64,000 bases of DNA, taken from the NCBI RefSeq assembly GCF_964355755.1, contig NC_092673.1, positions 10,884,948 through 10,948,947 of the forward strand, in the 5' to 3' direction. Origin of the DNA: Antedon mediterranea (Eukaryota; Animalia; Echinodermata). The stretch's first letter is position 1, and every line of letters begins with the position of its first letter. The translations under genes and the position numbers were made by a program. Shown in pieces: positions 1 through 12,699 of this stretch. The notes beneath the pieces are model-generated. The model did not search any database and was not told the DNA's origin. It saw nothing but the letters and a program-made list of their open reading frames with translations.

Positions 1-3000
1 CAAGACTTTCGTGATTCCTGTGACACATCCTAAATTGTCGTTTGCCTTGAGGCAAACTCTAGGGCAAACACCGCTAAAAATTCTGGGACCGGTTGAAGAT
101 AATATTGATTTAATGTGGGAAAGGCTTGACGAGAGATATGGCGACAAAGTGAAATTGGTAGATACAATTGTAAGTGAATTGGAACAGAAACGAGAAATTA
201 GAGATGGCGAAGATAACAAACTAGTGACATATATCGACAAAGTGGAAGCAAGTTATCACCACCTGAAAAGGGCAGGACTAGAAAGAGAAATATCTAATTC
301 CAAAGTGGTGGGAGAGATAGAAAAGAAACTACCACCATCAGTGTTTGGAAGATGGGTCCGACATATGCATGAAGAAGCCAACGGTGTCGATAAAACTGAT
401 AGATTCCCAGAACTACTGAAATTTCTGACAAGAGAAAGAAGAAGTGTAGAATATGCAATGGGGGCAATACGGACAAACCAACCCACTAAAGCAGCCGCAT
501 CGATGCACATGGTAGAAATATCCAGAAGACCGAAGTGCCTTCTACACAAAGAAAGTCAACACGAAACCAAGAATTGTCGAACCTTCTTGAACAAATCTGT
601 GGATGAGAGGCCGAACATCTTGAAAGAAAACCGAGCATGTTTCTGCTGCCTAACAGCCGGCCACATCATTGCTAAATGTAAAGGGAAGAAGCAATGTGAT
701 ACGGATGGTTGCAGGAGACTTCATCACAAGCTGTTACATCAGCAGACTCAGAACAAAGAACCAATTTCGACAGTGTCGTCCCTTGAAAATAGCTTACAGA
801 TGAAATCTGACCCTTGTTTGTTATAATTGATGAAAGTGAGGAACGGCAAGAACGAGCTCAACACTCTTTGGGATAGTTGTGCGACGGCGTCATTAATCAC
901 ACATGCGGCCAAACGCATAAAGGCAAAGGGAAGGCCAGTGAAAATAAGCATGACCAAAGTAGGCGGGCAAACCGAATGCATCGACAGCATGAAATATAAA
1001 ATATTACTGAATGATAATATGGGAAACTGTGTTGCAGTAGAAGCCTATGGGATTCCGAAGATAACGGCAAAAATTGGCAATCAGAACTTAGAAAACCTCG
1101 CCAAAATACTTAATGTATATCCTGAGCAGGTCAAAAGACCAACTGGAGAGGTCGACTTGTTAATTTGGATACGAGTATGCTGGTTACCATCCGACGAAGA
1201 TCAAGGCATGTGGTCATCTAGTTCTACTGAAAAACCAGTTTGGTCAGTGTATTGGAGGGTCTCATCCTTCTATCGAATGGGAGGAAGGGGCAGGAATACT
1301 AGTGAACTATGTTAAGACAACGTCCTTTGACGACTTTCTTACGATAGAAAGTATGGGGGTTAACTGTCAGCCTAAATGTGGTTCGTGTCGATGTGGCAAA
1401 TGCCCCAGTGGAGCGCAGAAGTACACTTTGAAAGAAGAACGTGAATTAAAGTTGATAGAAGACAACTTACTGTATGAAGCAGGTAAATGGACCGCGAGGT
1501 ACCCTTAGATCAAAAACCCAAACAATCTACCAGATAACAAAAAAGTGGCGGTGGCGAAGTTAGCAGTGCTAGAGAAAAGATTAATGAAAGACTCAGCAAA
1601 GAAAAAGATATACGAAGAGCAAATAGCAGATATGTTGAAACGAGCGGTGGCGAGAGAAATAAAGGAAACGGAATTGCAAGAATACAAAGGGCCAATACAT
1701 TATATTTCCCACCATGCAGTAGAAAAGCCTGATAGTTCCAGCACCCCAGTGCGAATCGTCTTTAATAGCAGTGCGGCCTACAAGTGACATGTTCTGAACG
1801 ACTATTGGGCCAAAGGACCCGACCTCGTTAATGACTTGTTAGCTGTTCTACTGAGATTTAGAGAAAAATCTCATGCACTGGTAGGTGACATAAGAAAGAT
1901 GTATCATAGTGTTGCCATCACCCATTTGGACCAGCACTGTCATCGGTTACTCTGGAGAGATTTGAACCAGAATACCCTACCAAAAACGTATTGCGTGAAT
2001 GCTGTAAATTTTGCCGCCATAGCAACAGTGGCTTTGAGGAAAACGGCAGCAGCAGGGAAGCTGTCAACACCTGAAGCCGCAGAGACAGTTTTAAACAATG
2101 TTTATGTGGATGACATTCTGGAGTGTGAAGAATCCGCAAAGAAAGCAAGGCAACGAGTGGAAGAAATAGAGAAATTAATACAGCCAGGAAATGTTGCCAT
2201 AAAGCATTGGATATTCTCGGGAAGAGAACAGCTTGAAGAATCATGGAATCCAAAGGAAGAGAAGGTGTTAGGAATCAGTTGGAAACCAGGTGATGACGTT
2301 CTTACTTTCACTGACAACGTTCGTACATTCAAGGAGATACCAGAAGTGTTAACCAAACGTATATGCCTAAGCAAAATCAATTCTGTGTATGATCCTTTGG
2401 GTTTGATAACTCCAATCACCGTGAGATTCTACTTCGAAAGCTGTGGGGAGCTAAATTAGAGTGGGATGAAGCTATAAACATGAGTGAGAGAGCGGAGTGG
2501 ATAGATTTATTTGAAGATTTAAGTACAACATCAAGCGTAGAATTTAGGAGATGCGTTAAACCGTTGGATGCAAAGCCGGGCATATTACCAAGTTTGATTA
2601 TGTTTTCTGATGCGTCCGAGAAGGCGTTAGGCGCAGTGGCATACGTCCGTTACGAACAGTGGGACGGACAATTTTCATCTCAAATCGTTGCCAGTAAAAG
2701 CAGGGTTGCTCCAATAGAGATAATTAGCGTGGTGCGATTGGAGCTAAGTGCAGCGGTGATGAGTAAGAGATTGGCAAAATATATCGTAAATGAGACGAGA
2801 ATTAAGTTTGACCAAGTTTTTTATATTGTAGACAGCGAGATTGTACGAGCCATGGTACAAAAACAAAGCTATGGGTTCAAAACATTTGCCGCCACAAGAA
2901 TCGGGGAGATACAACAAGACACGGAACCTCAAGATTGGTGGTGGTGTAGAGGAGAGGTTAATATAGCGGACGCAATCACACGAGGAATGAATCTATCCCA

Positions 3001-4590
3001 GATTGGGCCAAATAGTGAGTGGCAAATGGAACCAGAGTTTTTACGACAGCCAGTTGAGAATTGGCCAATTGAACAAAGTTGTAATATAAAAACCCTCCAG
3101 AACGAGTGAAGATAGTCATGGCAGTGAACATCGAAGAGGAAGACTCATTAGCTGATAGGATAATTAGACGGCAGAGCAAGTATCAGAAGTTGTTAAGGGT
3201 GACTGCCAGAGTTCTCAAAGTGTATGAGAAAAGGAGACTAAAGAGTATATTAGAAGATATCGAGGTCAAGGATACTGAAGGTGCGGAACATTTCTGGATA
3301 AAGGAATCACAGAAAATAATGATGAATCTATTATCCAAAGATAAAACTAAATTTGACAAGACATATGCTCGTTTGGGGCCTAAGATTCGTGAAGATGGAG
3401 TAATTGTTGTGGGAGAAAGAATAAGTGGAAACGTATATTTCAGCTACAATAAGCAAGAAGTACCTTTGTTGCCATACAATAACGCTTTTACGAAACTATA
3501 CGCTAAAGAAATCCATAGTAAAGAGCATTTGGGAGTGCAGTCAACCGTTGCCAAGATTCGATTAAAATACTGGATAATTGATGTACAGAGAATGGTCAAA
3601 AGCATTAAGTACCATTGTGTAACTTGTAGGCGCATTGAGAAAAACACTGCAGCTCAGAAAATGGGACCGTTACCAATTACTCGACGGAAACCATCACCAC
3701 CATGGATGTATAGAGGGGTTGATTTGTTTGGGCCATTCACAACAAGAGGTGAAGTTAACAAGCGAGCTCGAGGAAAGGCATACGGTGTAGTTTTTTATTG
3801 TTTTGTGACGAGAGCAGTCTACATCGACATAGCCACTGACTATAGTACAGACGCGTTCCTGCAAGTGTTCAGAAAGTTTGTTTCACTTCGAGGATACCCC
3901 AAAGAAATATACAGCGATGCTGGGACACAGCTGAGTACAGCAGCCAAACAGTTGAGGAGTTTTGGGGTGAACCATGGCACAACGTGGAAGTTTTCTACAC
4001 CTGATGCTCCCTGGCAGAATGGAGTGACTGAGAGTCTGATTAGAGGGATTAAGAAAGCGCTTAGTCATGCAATCGGTGGACAGGTGCTTGCCTTCAGTAG
4101 TAAACTTCAGACTGTTATGTTTGAAGTAGCGAATTTAACAAATGAGAGGCCGATTGGAAAGCATCCTACAGATCCACAGGATGGGTCATATCTGTCTCCA
4201 AATGATTTATTGTTGGGCAGATCTACTGGAAAGGTACCAGATGGACCATGGACTGACAACGTAAGCATTAAGGATCGACTGAAGTTCATACAATGCTTGG
4301 TAAATGGGTTTTGGAAGAAGTGGACGCGGGATTATTTTCCTTCATTGATTATAAAACAGAAATGGCATACCATAAGACGTGATGTGAAGACTGGTGACGT
4401 TGTGTTGATACAAGATAGTAATGCAGTTAGAGGTAAATGGAGATTAGGCAGGGTAACAGAAACATACCAAAGTACTGATGTTAGAGTGAGGAATGCGGAA
4501 GTTCGAGTTCATACAGAAACTGGTTTAGTAACAACATTAAAACGAGCTGTGCAACGATTAGTTGTAATCCTTCCAATTGAAGAACAATAA
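1..4590 (+). mobile_element. BEL/Pao LTR retrotransposon internal region (gag-pol), decayed, 5' part outside window
   Basis: Consecutive ORF pieces give Gag with Cys/His knuckles (CLLH..H...C, CFCC....H....C, C....C...HH), protease LWDSCA, RT (PVRIVFN, GDIRKMY, VYVDD), RNase H FSDAS, integrase HHCC plus DLFGP/YSDAG/NGVTES and a C-terminal W..G.V domain. The PR-RT-RH-IN order and motifs are typical of BEL/Pao. In-frame stops at 824, 1506 and 1785 plus several frameshifts. Confidence 0.95.
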
Positions 4591-4616
4591 GTTTAGTGTA
4601 GTTTTTGGTGGGGGAG

Positions 4617-5323
4617 TGTATCGTTTAGGATATTTGAAGTACGCCCTCTATATTTATGTTGTGATTTTTGCTGTTAGTTTAGGTAACGAGAAGCAGTAAT
4701 AAGACGCCCGTGTGTGATTTTCTGAGACACGGCATATTATTGTTAACTACAGTTTAATTTTCGGTTGTTAATTGAGAGCTCAAGAGTGAGTATTAGTATA
4801 GTTAATCATTGTTAGATCATAATCAGAATCAACGTTATAATATTTAATAATTAGTTTACGCATAAGTGTTGATGAGGATGCATGTAGTTTTCGCTTTTGG
4901 CATCCATCTTGTGTAAATGTTACGTATGTAAACTTGTATAATGATAGCTAGTATACAGAAATAACATGTTAATGTAGATATATTTACAGATCACCTGGAT
5001 TTAACAACATAGAATTTGATAATCATAGTGTTTATATGTCATGTGTTATGTGGTTGGTACATTGTTTAGAACCACCGCTGACGGTATTCCTATAGTTTAG
5101 TTATTTATAGCGTACACATTTTGTCCGATCGTACTGATTGTAGCGTAGTTCGGTCGTCACGCTTGAGTGATTTTCATATGGGTGGCGCTATAGCAATTGC
5201 TTAATTTGCGAGTTATTATTATTATATCTTACAGATTTCGAACCAAATACCATACAAATTAATGTTTCGTGTGTACCATATTTTACGTTGCATTAAAGTT
5301 TGAGATTGAGTCGTATAACAACA
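4617..5323 (+). mobile_element. 3' LTR of the BEL/Pao element
   Basis: Polypurine tract GGTGGGGGAG (4607-4616) shortly after the integrase stop, followed directly by TGTA. ATTAAA at 5292 and an ...ACA end at 5320 or 5323. The right boundary is approximate because the 5' LTR is not in the window. Confidence 0.7.
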
Positions 5324-5490
5324 GTGAGGACGCAGTGTATTCTTTTTTGTGTCTTACAGTGTTAGTGTTAGTAGAGTAGAGGTCGGTGAAATAAAATTAA
5401 TATAACTGTCAATCTTTGAGGCACCATTAAAAACTCCGCCTTCTAATTTGCATGTTAAAACGTTCTGTCTCACGCTTAAATAGGCTCAGC

Positions 5491-5875
5491 ACACAAAATG
5501 AATTTTGTCGACACAAAATGAATTTTTTAACACAAAATGAATTTTGTAACACAAAATGAATTTTGTAACACAAAATGAATTTGGTCAACCCAAATTGAAT
5601 TTTGTCACCACAAAATGAATTTTGTCACCACAAAATGAATTTTGTCGACACAAAATGACTTCTGTCGACACAAAATGAATTTTGTTGACATAAAATGAAT
5701 TTTGTTGACACAAAATGAATTTTGTTGACACAAAATGAATTTTGTTGACATAAAATGAATTTTGTTGACACAAAATTAATTTTGTTGAAACAAAATGAAT
5801 TTTGTTGACACAGAATGAATTCTGTCCACACAGAATGAATTCTATCATCACATAATTGTATTTTGTCGACAAAAT
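5491..5875. repeat. ~20-bp minisatellite (ACACAAAATGAATTTTGTTG)n, ~19 copies
   Basis: Directly visible tandem repeat; each unit contains the inverted repeat ACAAAAT/ATTTTGT. Confidence 0.95.
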
Positions 5876-6647
5876 AAGTAATGTCCCGAACGGCGCCCCG
5901 TAGAAAACAACCGCGGAATACTGATGCATGAGTGATTTTCATTTTACCAATGCCGGAATCCTAACCACCACTTTTTAAATCATTATCATGGTTGCCATTT
6001 CTGGCAATATTATGCTTTTTTGGCATTATTTAGAGGCCCACTGCATCTGGAATAATGCCGCGGCATTATTTATCCGTTTTTAGTATAATCTGGCATAATT
6101 TTGTGTTTTTTGAACAACTAAAAAAACAATATACCACAGAACAAGAATAATATTTTGTTTAATCTTGCAATTTCGTGCATATCACCTTACACAATATCAT
6201 ATCGTACAAAACAGGTCTAGCTGGATTTTTCGTACAATAGTGCATCCATCCTTTTGTTTCGGACTCGATCGACTCTTCAGATAGGAAGGCTGCTCACAAA
6301 CTATAGGCAGCACAACAAAATCGACGAGGCTATCCGTGATTGACAAAATAATGTATTGTATTGTCGAGGGCCCCAATTATCAGCTTTGCTCGATGGGCTA
6401 CCCCCATGAAAATGGTTAAATAAAAACAATATGAAACGAAATTATAAGTCTATAGGATCAATCCACTATGGTTGGAGCTAATAATAAAAATAGAGTTTTA
6501 CGGAAATTGGACTTCGAAATATGGAAAGAATATAAGTCTCCAGGACCAGCCCCTGCCTAAACTAAATCAACTTAACTCTCTAAATATATCTCTTCAAAAT
6601 AAAAGAAAAACATTTTATATTTATTTTTGGTTTTAAAGAAATCCGTA

Positions 6648-6716
6648 GAGATTCGAACCCCAGCTAGTAGAGCTGAGAGAATCCAAACGATAGTTACTAG
6701 AGCACTATGCCACAAT
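6648..6716 (-). other. degenerate tRNA-derived (Pol III A/B box) head, SINE-like fragment
   Basis: Minus strand reads TGGCATAGTG...GGGGTTCGAATC; no complete cloverleaf. Confidence 0.35.
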
Positions 6717-7690
6717 GTACACGAGCAATGAAAAGTGACAATAGTATAGTCTTATACGCGATTCATATTACGTCATTCTAATCGTTACGTCAGAAATTTG
6801 CATATTCATGATGTATTTTTTAGGAAACGAATCTAATTTTAACTTTGCTATAAAAGGAACATGATTATCATGAAAATGAGTTAAAGCTATGCGAGCTTCT
6901 GTATTTGGGGTTCACAGATGTAAACGTCCCCTTTCCACCACACATCATGAGGCAATAACATCAAAGCATCTGATTTTAAGAACACATAAGTTATGTCAGA
7001 AATTTAGGAACAAATAAATAGAAATGTGTAAAGATGCCGATGCCTGGCCTGGCTAGTGTATCCTCTCTATTTATTTAAATACATATGCATTATTGTAATA
7101 AATAATTTTCACAATTTGTTGTGAATTTTTAACTTTGAACAAACGAAAAGGATTTCAAACCATGTACAGTACTACATTTTACTGTGTTTGAGAATTAATA
7201 AATGATATTTAATTAAGTGAATAATTGATAATGAGAAATCAAAACAACTGATACAATGAATTAAATGATCCAACCAACCCATTGATTGCTACCCCAAAAC
7301 AATATTGAACAGTTGGTATGTCGTGCGTTATTATACAAATGAGTTGGTGCAGGGAGTGGGGAAGATGGTATTGTTAGTCATTGCGGTCAACACGCCACAC
7401 TGTTGAATGTTGATGTTGTTGATCTTAACATTAGAAGATTATTTAAATCTTGTAAAAAAAAACAATTTCTCCCGGCATTAACCTAGCAGATCCCCTCATT
7501 TAGTTTGAAAGTAATCTCGAAAAGAAGTCCATCTGGAAAAGAAGCCCGCCCAAGAATACTAAAAAATGAAGGAGCACATTTTGCTTCAATTGGCCTTAGT
7601 GCTAAGGCGGGAAGAGCACACGATAACATCTTTTATTTTTAGTGGCTTTCGCCACCCGATTTTTTATGTTGTAAATGTTATGTTTAGCAC

Positions 7691-8483
7691 AACAAGGCCA
7701 TATAGATGGCTGCAGTCGCGTGCTCATTCGTGTTTACCGACCGACCGACCAACCTACCAACTGACCGAAATTACTGAACATGTTTAAAAATGTTGAAATG
7801 TTTAAAAACATTTATATTTTTTTAATTTACACGTGCGTAGCCTGTCACTTTTGACGTGCTCGTATAACGTAATTTCGAGTCAAGAAAACAGAAATCGGGC
7901 AAAAAGAGTGCGCAATAACATTTAACGTGCAGTGCGCGCGCAAAAATCTGCGCACTCATGGCAATTTTGTAAACGCTTAAAATTGCCTGAAACGTACTCT
8001 TATTTCATCGAAAATAAATTTTGAAAATTTTAAGCGCGCGTACGCATGCGTTACATGCACTACGCACGTAATTATATTACCATATGATGATTTATGCCCT
8101 GAAATTTATGAGTACCAAATTTTATTTAATTGTGATTCATGGTTGTGAAGATATGATTACAAACGTGATTTCGTTAAATCGTGCGTAGACCGCGTAATTT
8201 TTTATTGCGCACCGTGAAAACATAACCACATCGACTCCTGGTCATAACGAATATACTGTGAAAAATTGACTTAGCTAGATTAAACTGATATCAAGATAAG
8301 GTCAGAAAGCGATAAAACGCATAGTGACCGACAGACAGACCGACAGACCGACCGACCGACCGACATAGTGAAATATAAAGTCGCGTCCACGCGACTAGCA
8401 TAGTGATACCGGACCGACAGACAGACCAACAGACCGACCGACCGACATAGTGAACTATAGAGTCGCGTCCACGCGACTAAAAA
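7691..8483 (-). mobile_element. non-autonomous Helentron-type element (HINE/DINE-1-like), family B
   Basis: Minus strand: T-run, AGTCGCGT-GG-ACGCGACT hairpin/sub-TIR (duplicated), (GTCG/GTCT)n microsatellite, core, 3' sub-TIR GCACGCGACT, GCCAT/ATGGC hairpin, CTTGTT end. Core 7755-8330 is near-identical to 13408-13985. Confidence 0.8.
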
Positions 8484-9867
8484 TCGAAATTAGTGTGGCG
8501 TGTTGACCGCGAATGACTAACAATACCATCTTTCCCACTACACCTGCACAAACTCATTTGCATAACAACGCCGACATACCAACGAGATATAAATTCTTTT
8601 CTAAACACGTAACGAATAGAGTTATTCCTTTTTATCTGACATTAAATTGTTAGTCCTTCGCGGCGGTCAACACGCCACACTGTTAAATGTTGATGTTGTT
8701 AATCTTTTACATTTATTATCCTAAATTTACTTGACTCTCTAAATATCTCTCTTTCAAAATAAAAGAAAAACATTTTATATTTATTTTTAAAACGCATACA
8801 GATTCGAACCTACTTTGATTTGATTGTTCGCATTTTAATTCAATTTCTTTATTGCTGCAAATGCCATCAAGGGCTAATATCCGCTTAAACATACTACATC
8901 ATACAAACATAATTATACATATTTACATTTAAAATTTAAACACATACAAATTATAGTCATTACTACTGTTTATTATTATTTTTTAATTGTAATTATTGTT
9001 ATTATGATAATTGTTATTGCTATTATAATAATTAATATAAGTGTAATAAATTATAGGTTACATCTTAAGGGCAGTTTTAATGTCACGCACAAAAGAGGAA
9101 GACACGTTAAGATGAAAAGATTGAGCGAGTGAGAGTGAGTGAGGTAGAGTAGAGTGAAGAAAACGAGTAGGGAAGATGAGAAGAGTGTCGATTATGGCGA
9201 AGGACCAAAATGGAAGAAGAGGGTGTTCAGGGGACTGCGTGATGCCACAAATAAATTTAAGTAAAAAATACTGATGCCTTAAGAGAAGGGAATAATATTG
9301 AAATTAGAAAAAATGGCGGGATAGGTAGAATAGGTAGCATGATCAGAGAGGAGTGTAGCGACATAGAGTTGAAGGCGTTTAATTCGGGCGATTTCACATT
9401 GGGGAGGAGACCACAATAGCAGGTTGTATGTAGGATTTATATAAAAAGGCAATAGTATTAGAATTAAGGGAGTGTTTAAGGTATTTAAGAATAGAGATTT
9501 TTCTGATAGCAGATTTGTAGACAGAAGAAATTTGAGTGTGCCACTTATGGTTGTCAGAAATTAAAATGCCAAGGTACTTTAAATGATGGACCTGTTCAAC
9601 TATAGTTCCACAAAGGTGTAAAGAGGGGAACACAGTAGGTATTCTACGGAAGTAAAAATTTAAAATTTTATATTTATTAGGGGCGAAGATTAAACCATTG
9701 TTGAGGGACCAGGATTCTAAATGAGATGCTAAAATGGGCAATTGATCAAAAGAAGGGTTTTAAATGAACTTAATATAATGAGATCATCAGCATACAGAGA
9801 GAAATGACAAGAAAAGCTGCTAACAATGTCATTAATATAACATAAAAATAGGGTAGGGCCAAGCTTA

Positions 9868-10199
9868 TGTAATATAGTGTTATGAGGTTTCTGACTTGTA
9901 AAAGAAGACTCTACTCGCTTTACTGTAGTAACACATATATTGTTTATTCAATAATACTTGATGATACAATAATGATTCAGTACAATATACAACTATAAGT
10001 ATAAGGAACAGAGGATTGGGTGAGGCTGTTAGTGAGGTGTGAGTGTAGGTCTGCTTCTGAGGAAGTGGCTGAGGTGTGTCTGGGCTCTTCTGAAACTTGG
10101 GGGTATATTGGCTCAGTTCATTTACATATGTCATTACGTAATTTTAGAGGTTACTGAAAGGTTGATTTCTTAATTATGAAAGTATATCATTATATTACA
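9868..10199 (-). mobile_element. solo LTR (332 bp), Gypsy-type 4-bp TSD
   Basis: Ends TGTAATATA...TATATTACA, flanked by CTTA on both sides (9864-9867, 10200-10203). Removing it restores the RT motif QGS-K-LGP. AATAAA on the minus strand. Confidence 0.85.
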
Positions 10200-10394
10200 C
10201 TTACTACCTTGAATAACACCCCTATTGATCGGCAATTTACTTGAAAGAATACCTTTAAATGATGTACGCTGGTATCTGTTGGAAAGCCAGTTGCTAATCC
10301 AATTCACAAGAGTGGAATTAATTCGAAAATAATGACCTAACTCAAATAAAAGCAAATCATGTGAAACAGAGTCAAAGGCACGGCGAATGTCGAG

Positions 10395-11815
10395 CAGCGG
10401 TGGCGCCAGGATCTTCCCGACGCGGGGCTACATTCCCCGACGAGAGGGCTATCCGAGCATCACTAGGCTGGGGGACAGGGGGCCGCCAAGGGCCCCCGGT
10501 GGGGTCGAGGGTGGGGGGCGAAACCTCCGGAAGCAACGCGTTCTAGCGTCCTTTAAGGCCATTTTAATCAGATTTAGGGTAGCCACTTTTTCCATTTTTT
10601 ATAATGCATAAATAAAAAACTGCGTGCAAAAAAACCATGCGCGATTATTCAATCCATATTTTTCAATTTAAAAAATAAAAATTCAAAATATGCCTATATT
10701 TATTGGGTAAATTGTAGTATAGAAAAATTAACATACGCGAACGTAAAACGTACGGTACCCACTGGCGAAGAGGTAGGCCTATATTGTTTATCGCAGAGGC
10801 GTAGGCTGGTTGCTGTCTGGGGGTGCAAAAATTGTAAATGCGTGCCTTGGGCTGATCTGTAAGAAAACATTTTAAAATAGAGCTGCTAGGTCCCCGGAAG
10901 TTGAAATTATACATATTAGTGATACTATGAAACGAAATTACAAGTCTACAGAACGAGACAATCGTGGTTGGGATTGAGCTAAGAAATTTTTGAAAATAGA
11001 GCTGTTAGGTCCCGGAAAATGCACTTATTGTACTTCGAAATATGACCAGCTTTATGGTTGGGGCTGAGCTAAGAAAATGTTTAAAACTAGAGCTGCAGGT
11101 CTTCAAAAATTGCATCTTATACTTCATCAACATCAGGCCTAGAGGCTTAAAAAAAGGTGGTCCGTTTTGCCTTTATCAGTCGGGGAAATCAGTTTATACC
11201 TCCTAAGTGTATGCGTGCATACCATCTGGACTTGTGGTGAGAAGTTCATGACATACAGGACATTGAAAATGTAATAATCTAGCTATAATAAGATGTTGGC
11301 TAATCGAAAATGGCATGTTTTTTTGTTTATTAATGTATGAAATATTTATTTTTAGGTGCCCCATGGTACAGAGGGTTAGTTGTACATTTAAAAATTGGTG
11401 AACATACGAACAATTAACATAATTCGTTTTTGCTGTCGTGTAGCGTACGTCGACACACAGTACACGACGTAACCGTCGGTAAACTTCGCCTGGAAAGTAA
11501 CTACATTACACTTTTTGGTCCCTGGATGGAACATGATATCACGCGTCTGGACCCAAGGTTGAACGATTCGTACAAAGGGATACCGCCAGACAAGTGCGTA
11601 CCTACTGTTTAGTAGTTAGATCGCTGGCAATAGTGAATGCATATAAAGTGCATAATAGCCCTCTGACGTACTCATGGTCAATGGAACGTCGCGGTTTTCT
11701 AGGCGCTGGAGCTACGAAGTGAACGCGAACGACTTTTACTGTATATTATATTCCCCGACAAAAAGTACCCGTGTTCCCCGACGTGGGGGCTAGGCTCCCC
11801 GACGAGGGGTTAAGG
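10395..11815 (+). mobile_element. non-autonomous DNA element with CAG(C/G)GGTGGCGCCAGG terminus and CCCCGACG subterminal repeats; second end missing
   Basis: Interrupts the LINE next to LDIRRAFD; an inverted homologous copy lies at 46250-47446. Confidence 0.7.
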
Positions 11816-12229
11816 CCAGGGTTTAACCACTTACAATCACCTGCGTGCTTTCTAATTGAACGGAACCCCAAACAAGTAGAACGATATGAATTAATACGAG
11901 ACATGAATAACTTATATACAACGATTGGGGGATTAGTGTCCAAATGTAAAGTAAAAATGTTCCAATCAACATAATTATTGGCGCGTTTCAGACGTTCTAA
12001 AGATACCGCATCAGTTCTCAAAATCTTGGTTTTAAAGTTATGATTATTCTTTGCTTTGGGGTCACATCTTTGTATCCAATTATATACATGAACATTCTTA
12101 ATAGATTGCAAACCACTTAAAACAATGCGTGCGCGCGTAATTTTGCGTGCAACACTCCATTTTTACTCCATAGAAATTTGAACCTTGATATGAATTATCA
12201 TTTTCTTTCATTTGCATCGTAGCCGCCCT

Positions 12230-12312
12230 ATTTTTGTCGTGTGCAACGCAACACTACAGCTCACTATGTCGGTCGGTTTGTCGGTAAACACTGCATCCAT
12301 GTATGGCCTTGT
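12230..12312 (+). mobile_element. short HINE family B copy
   Basis: Degenerate 5' hairpin, CTACAGCTCACTATGTCGGTCGG and ATGGCCTTGTT end, as in the 16136 and 41066 copies. Confidence 0.6.
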
Positions 12313-12699
12313 TCCAAATGTTCTTACCTCAGCCCCAGTGACCATGGTGGGCCGAGATCCTAGAGACTCTTATTTCCGGCCATCGAGCAGCTCTATTTTT
12401 CCAAATTTTCTTACCTCAGCTCCAACCATGGTGTTTGGTGACATTTGCCATTTTCGCACCTCAGATATTGGGAATTATATTTACTAAAAATATAAATTTG
12501 TAACGACATGGGATCAAATTTCAAAATCCAAAGTACCTATACGATGACGTCACCGCGTACCAGCACCCCATTGGCTGATTATGACGTAATGCAATTTTAC
12601 CGTACCTTTAGTAGACGGAAGTTAGGATACGGTACCCTATCTTTAGCCACGGCGTTAAATTTTATCGCTGGCAACCAAAGATCGTATAGCGCCACGTTC

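Larger units (their letters stand above)
8820..12110 (-). mobile_element. CR1/L2-group LINE relic (RT region and 3' end) interrupted by two insertions
   Basis: Minus-strand translation LDIRRAFDSVSHDLLL...GVIQGS|KLGPTLFLCYIND...LYADD...KYLGI. The segment 11820-12110 (DW...KWLNPGL) resembles the EN-RT linker; assigning it to the same element is inferred. Confidence 0.85.

Noticed and set aside
3106-4590. 494-aa integrase ORF as a domesticated or independent gene
   Set aside because: It is simply the least-decayed part of the BEL pol, continuous by frameshift with RNase H and followed by the PPT and LTR.
5585-5942. Repetitive ORFs (FILCQQNSF...) as proteins
   Set aside because: Translation of the 20-bp minisatellite.
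9782-9800. CTGATGA on the minus strand (and at 21991 on plus) as further hammerhead cores
   Set aside because: No stem II plus GAAA follows; these are the YADD codons and the bases around the candidate PIGK start.
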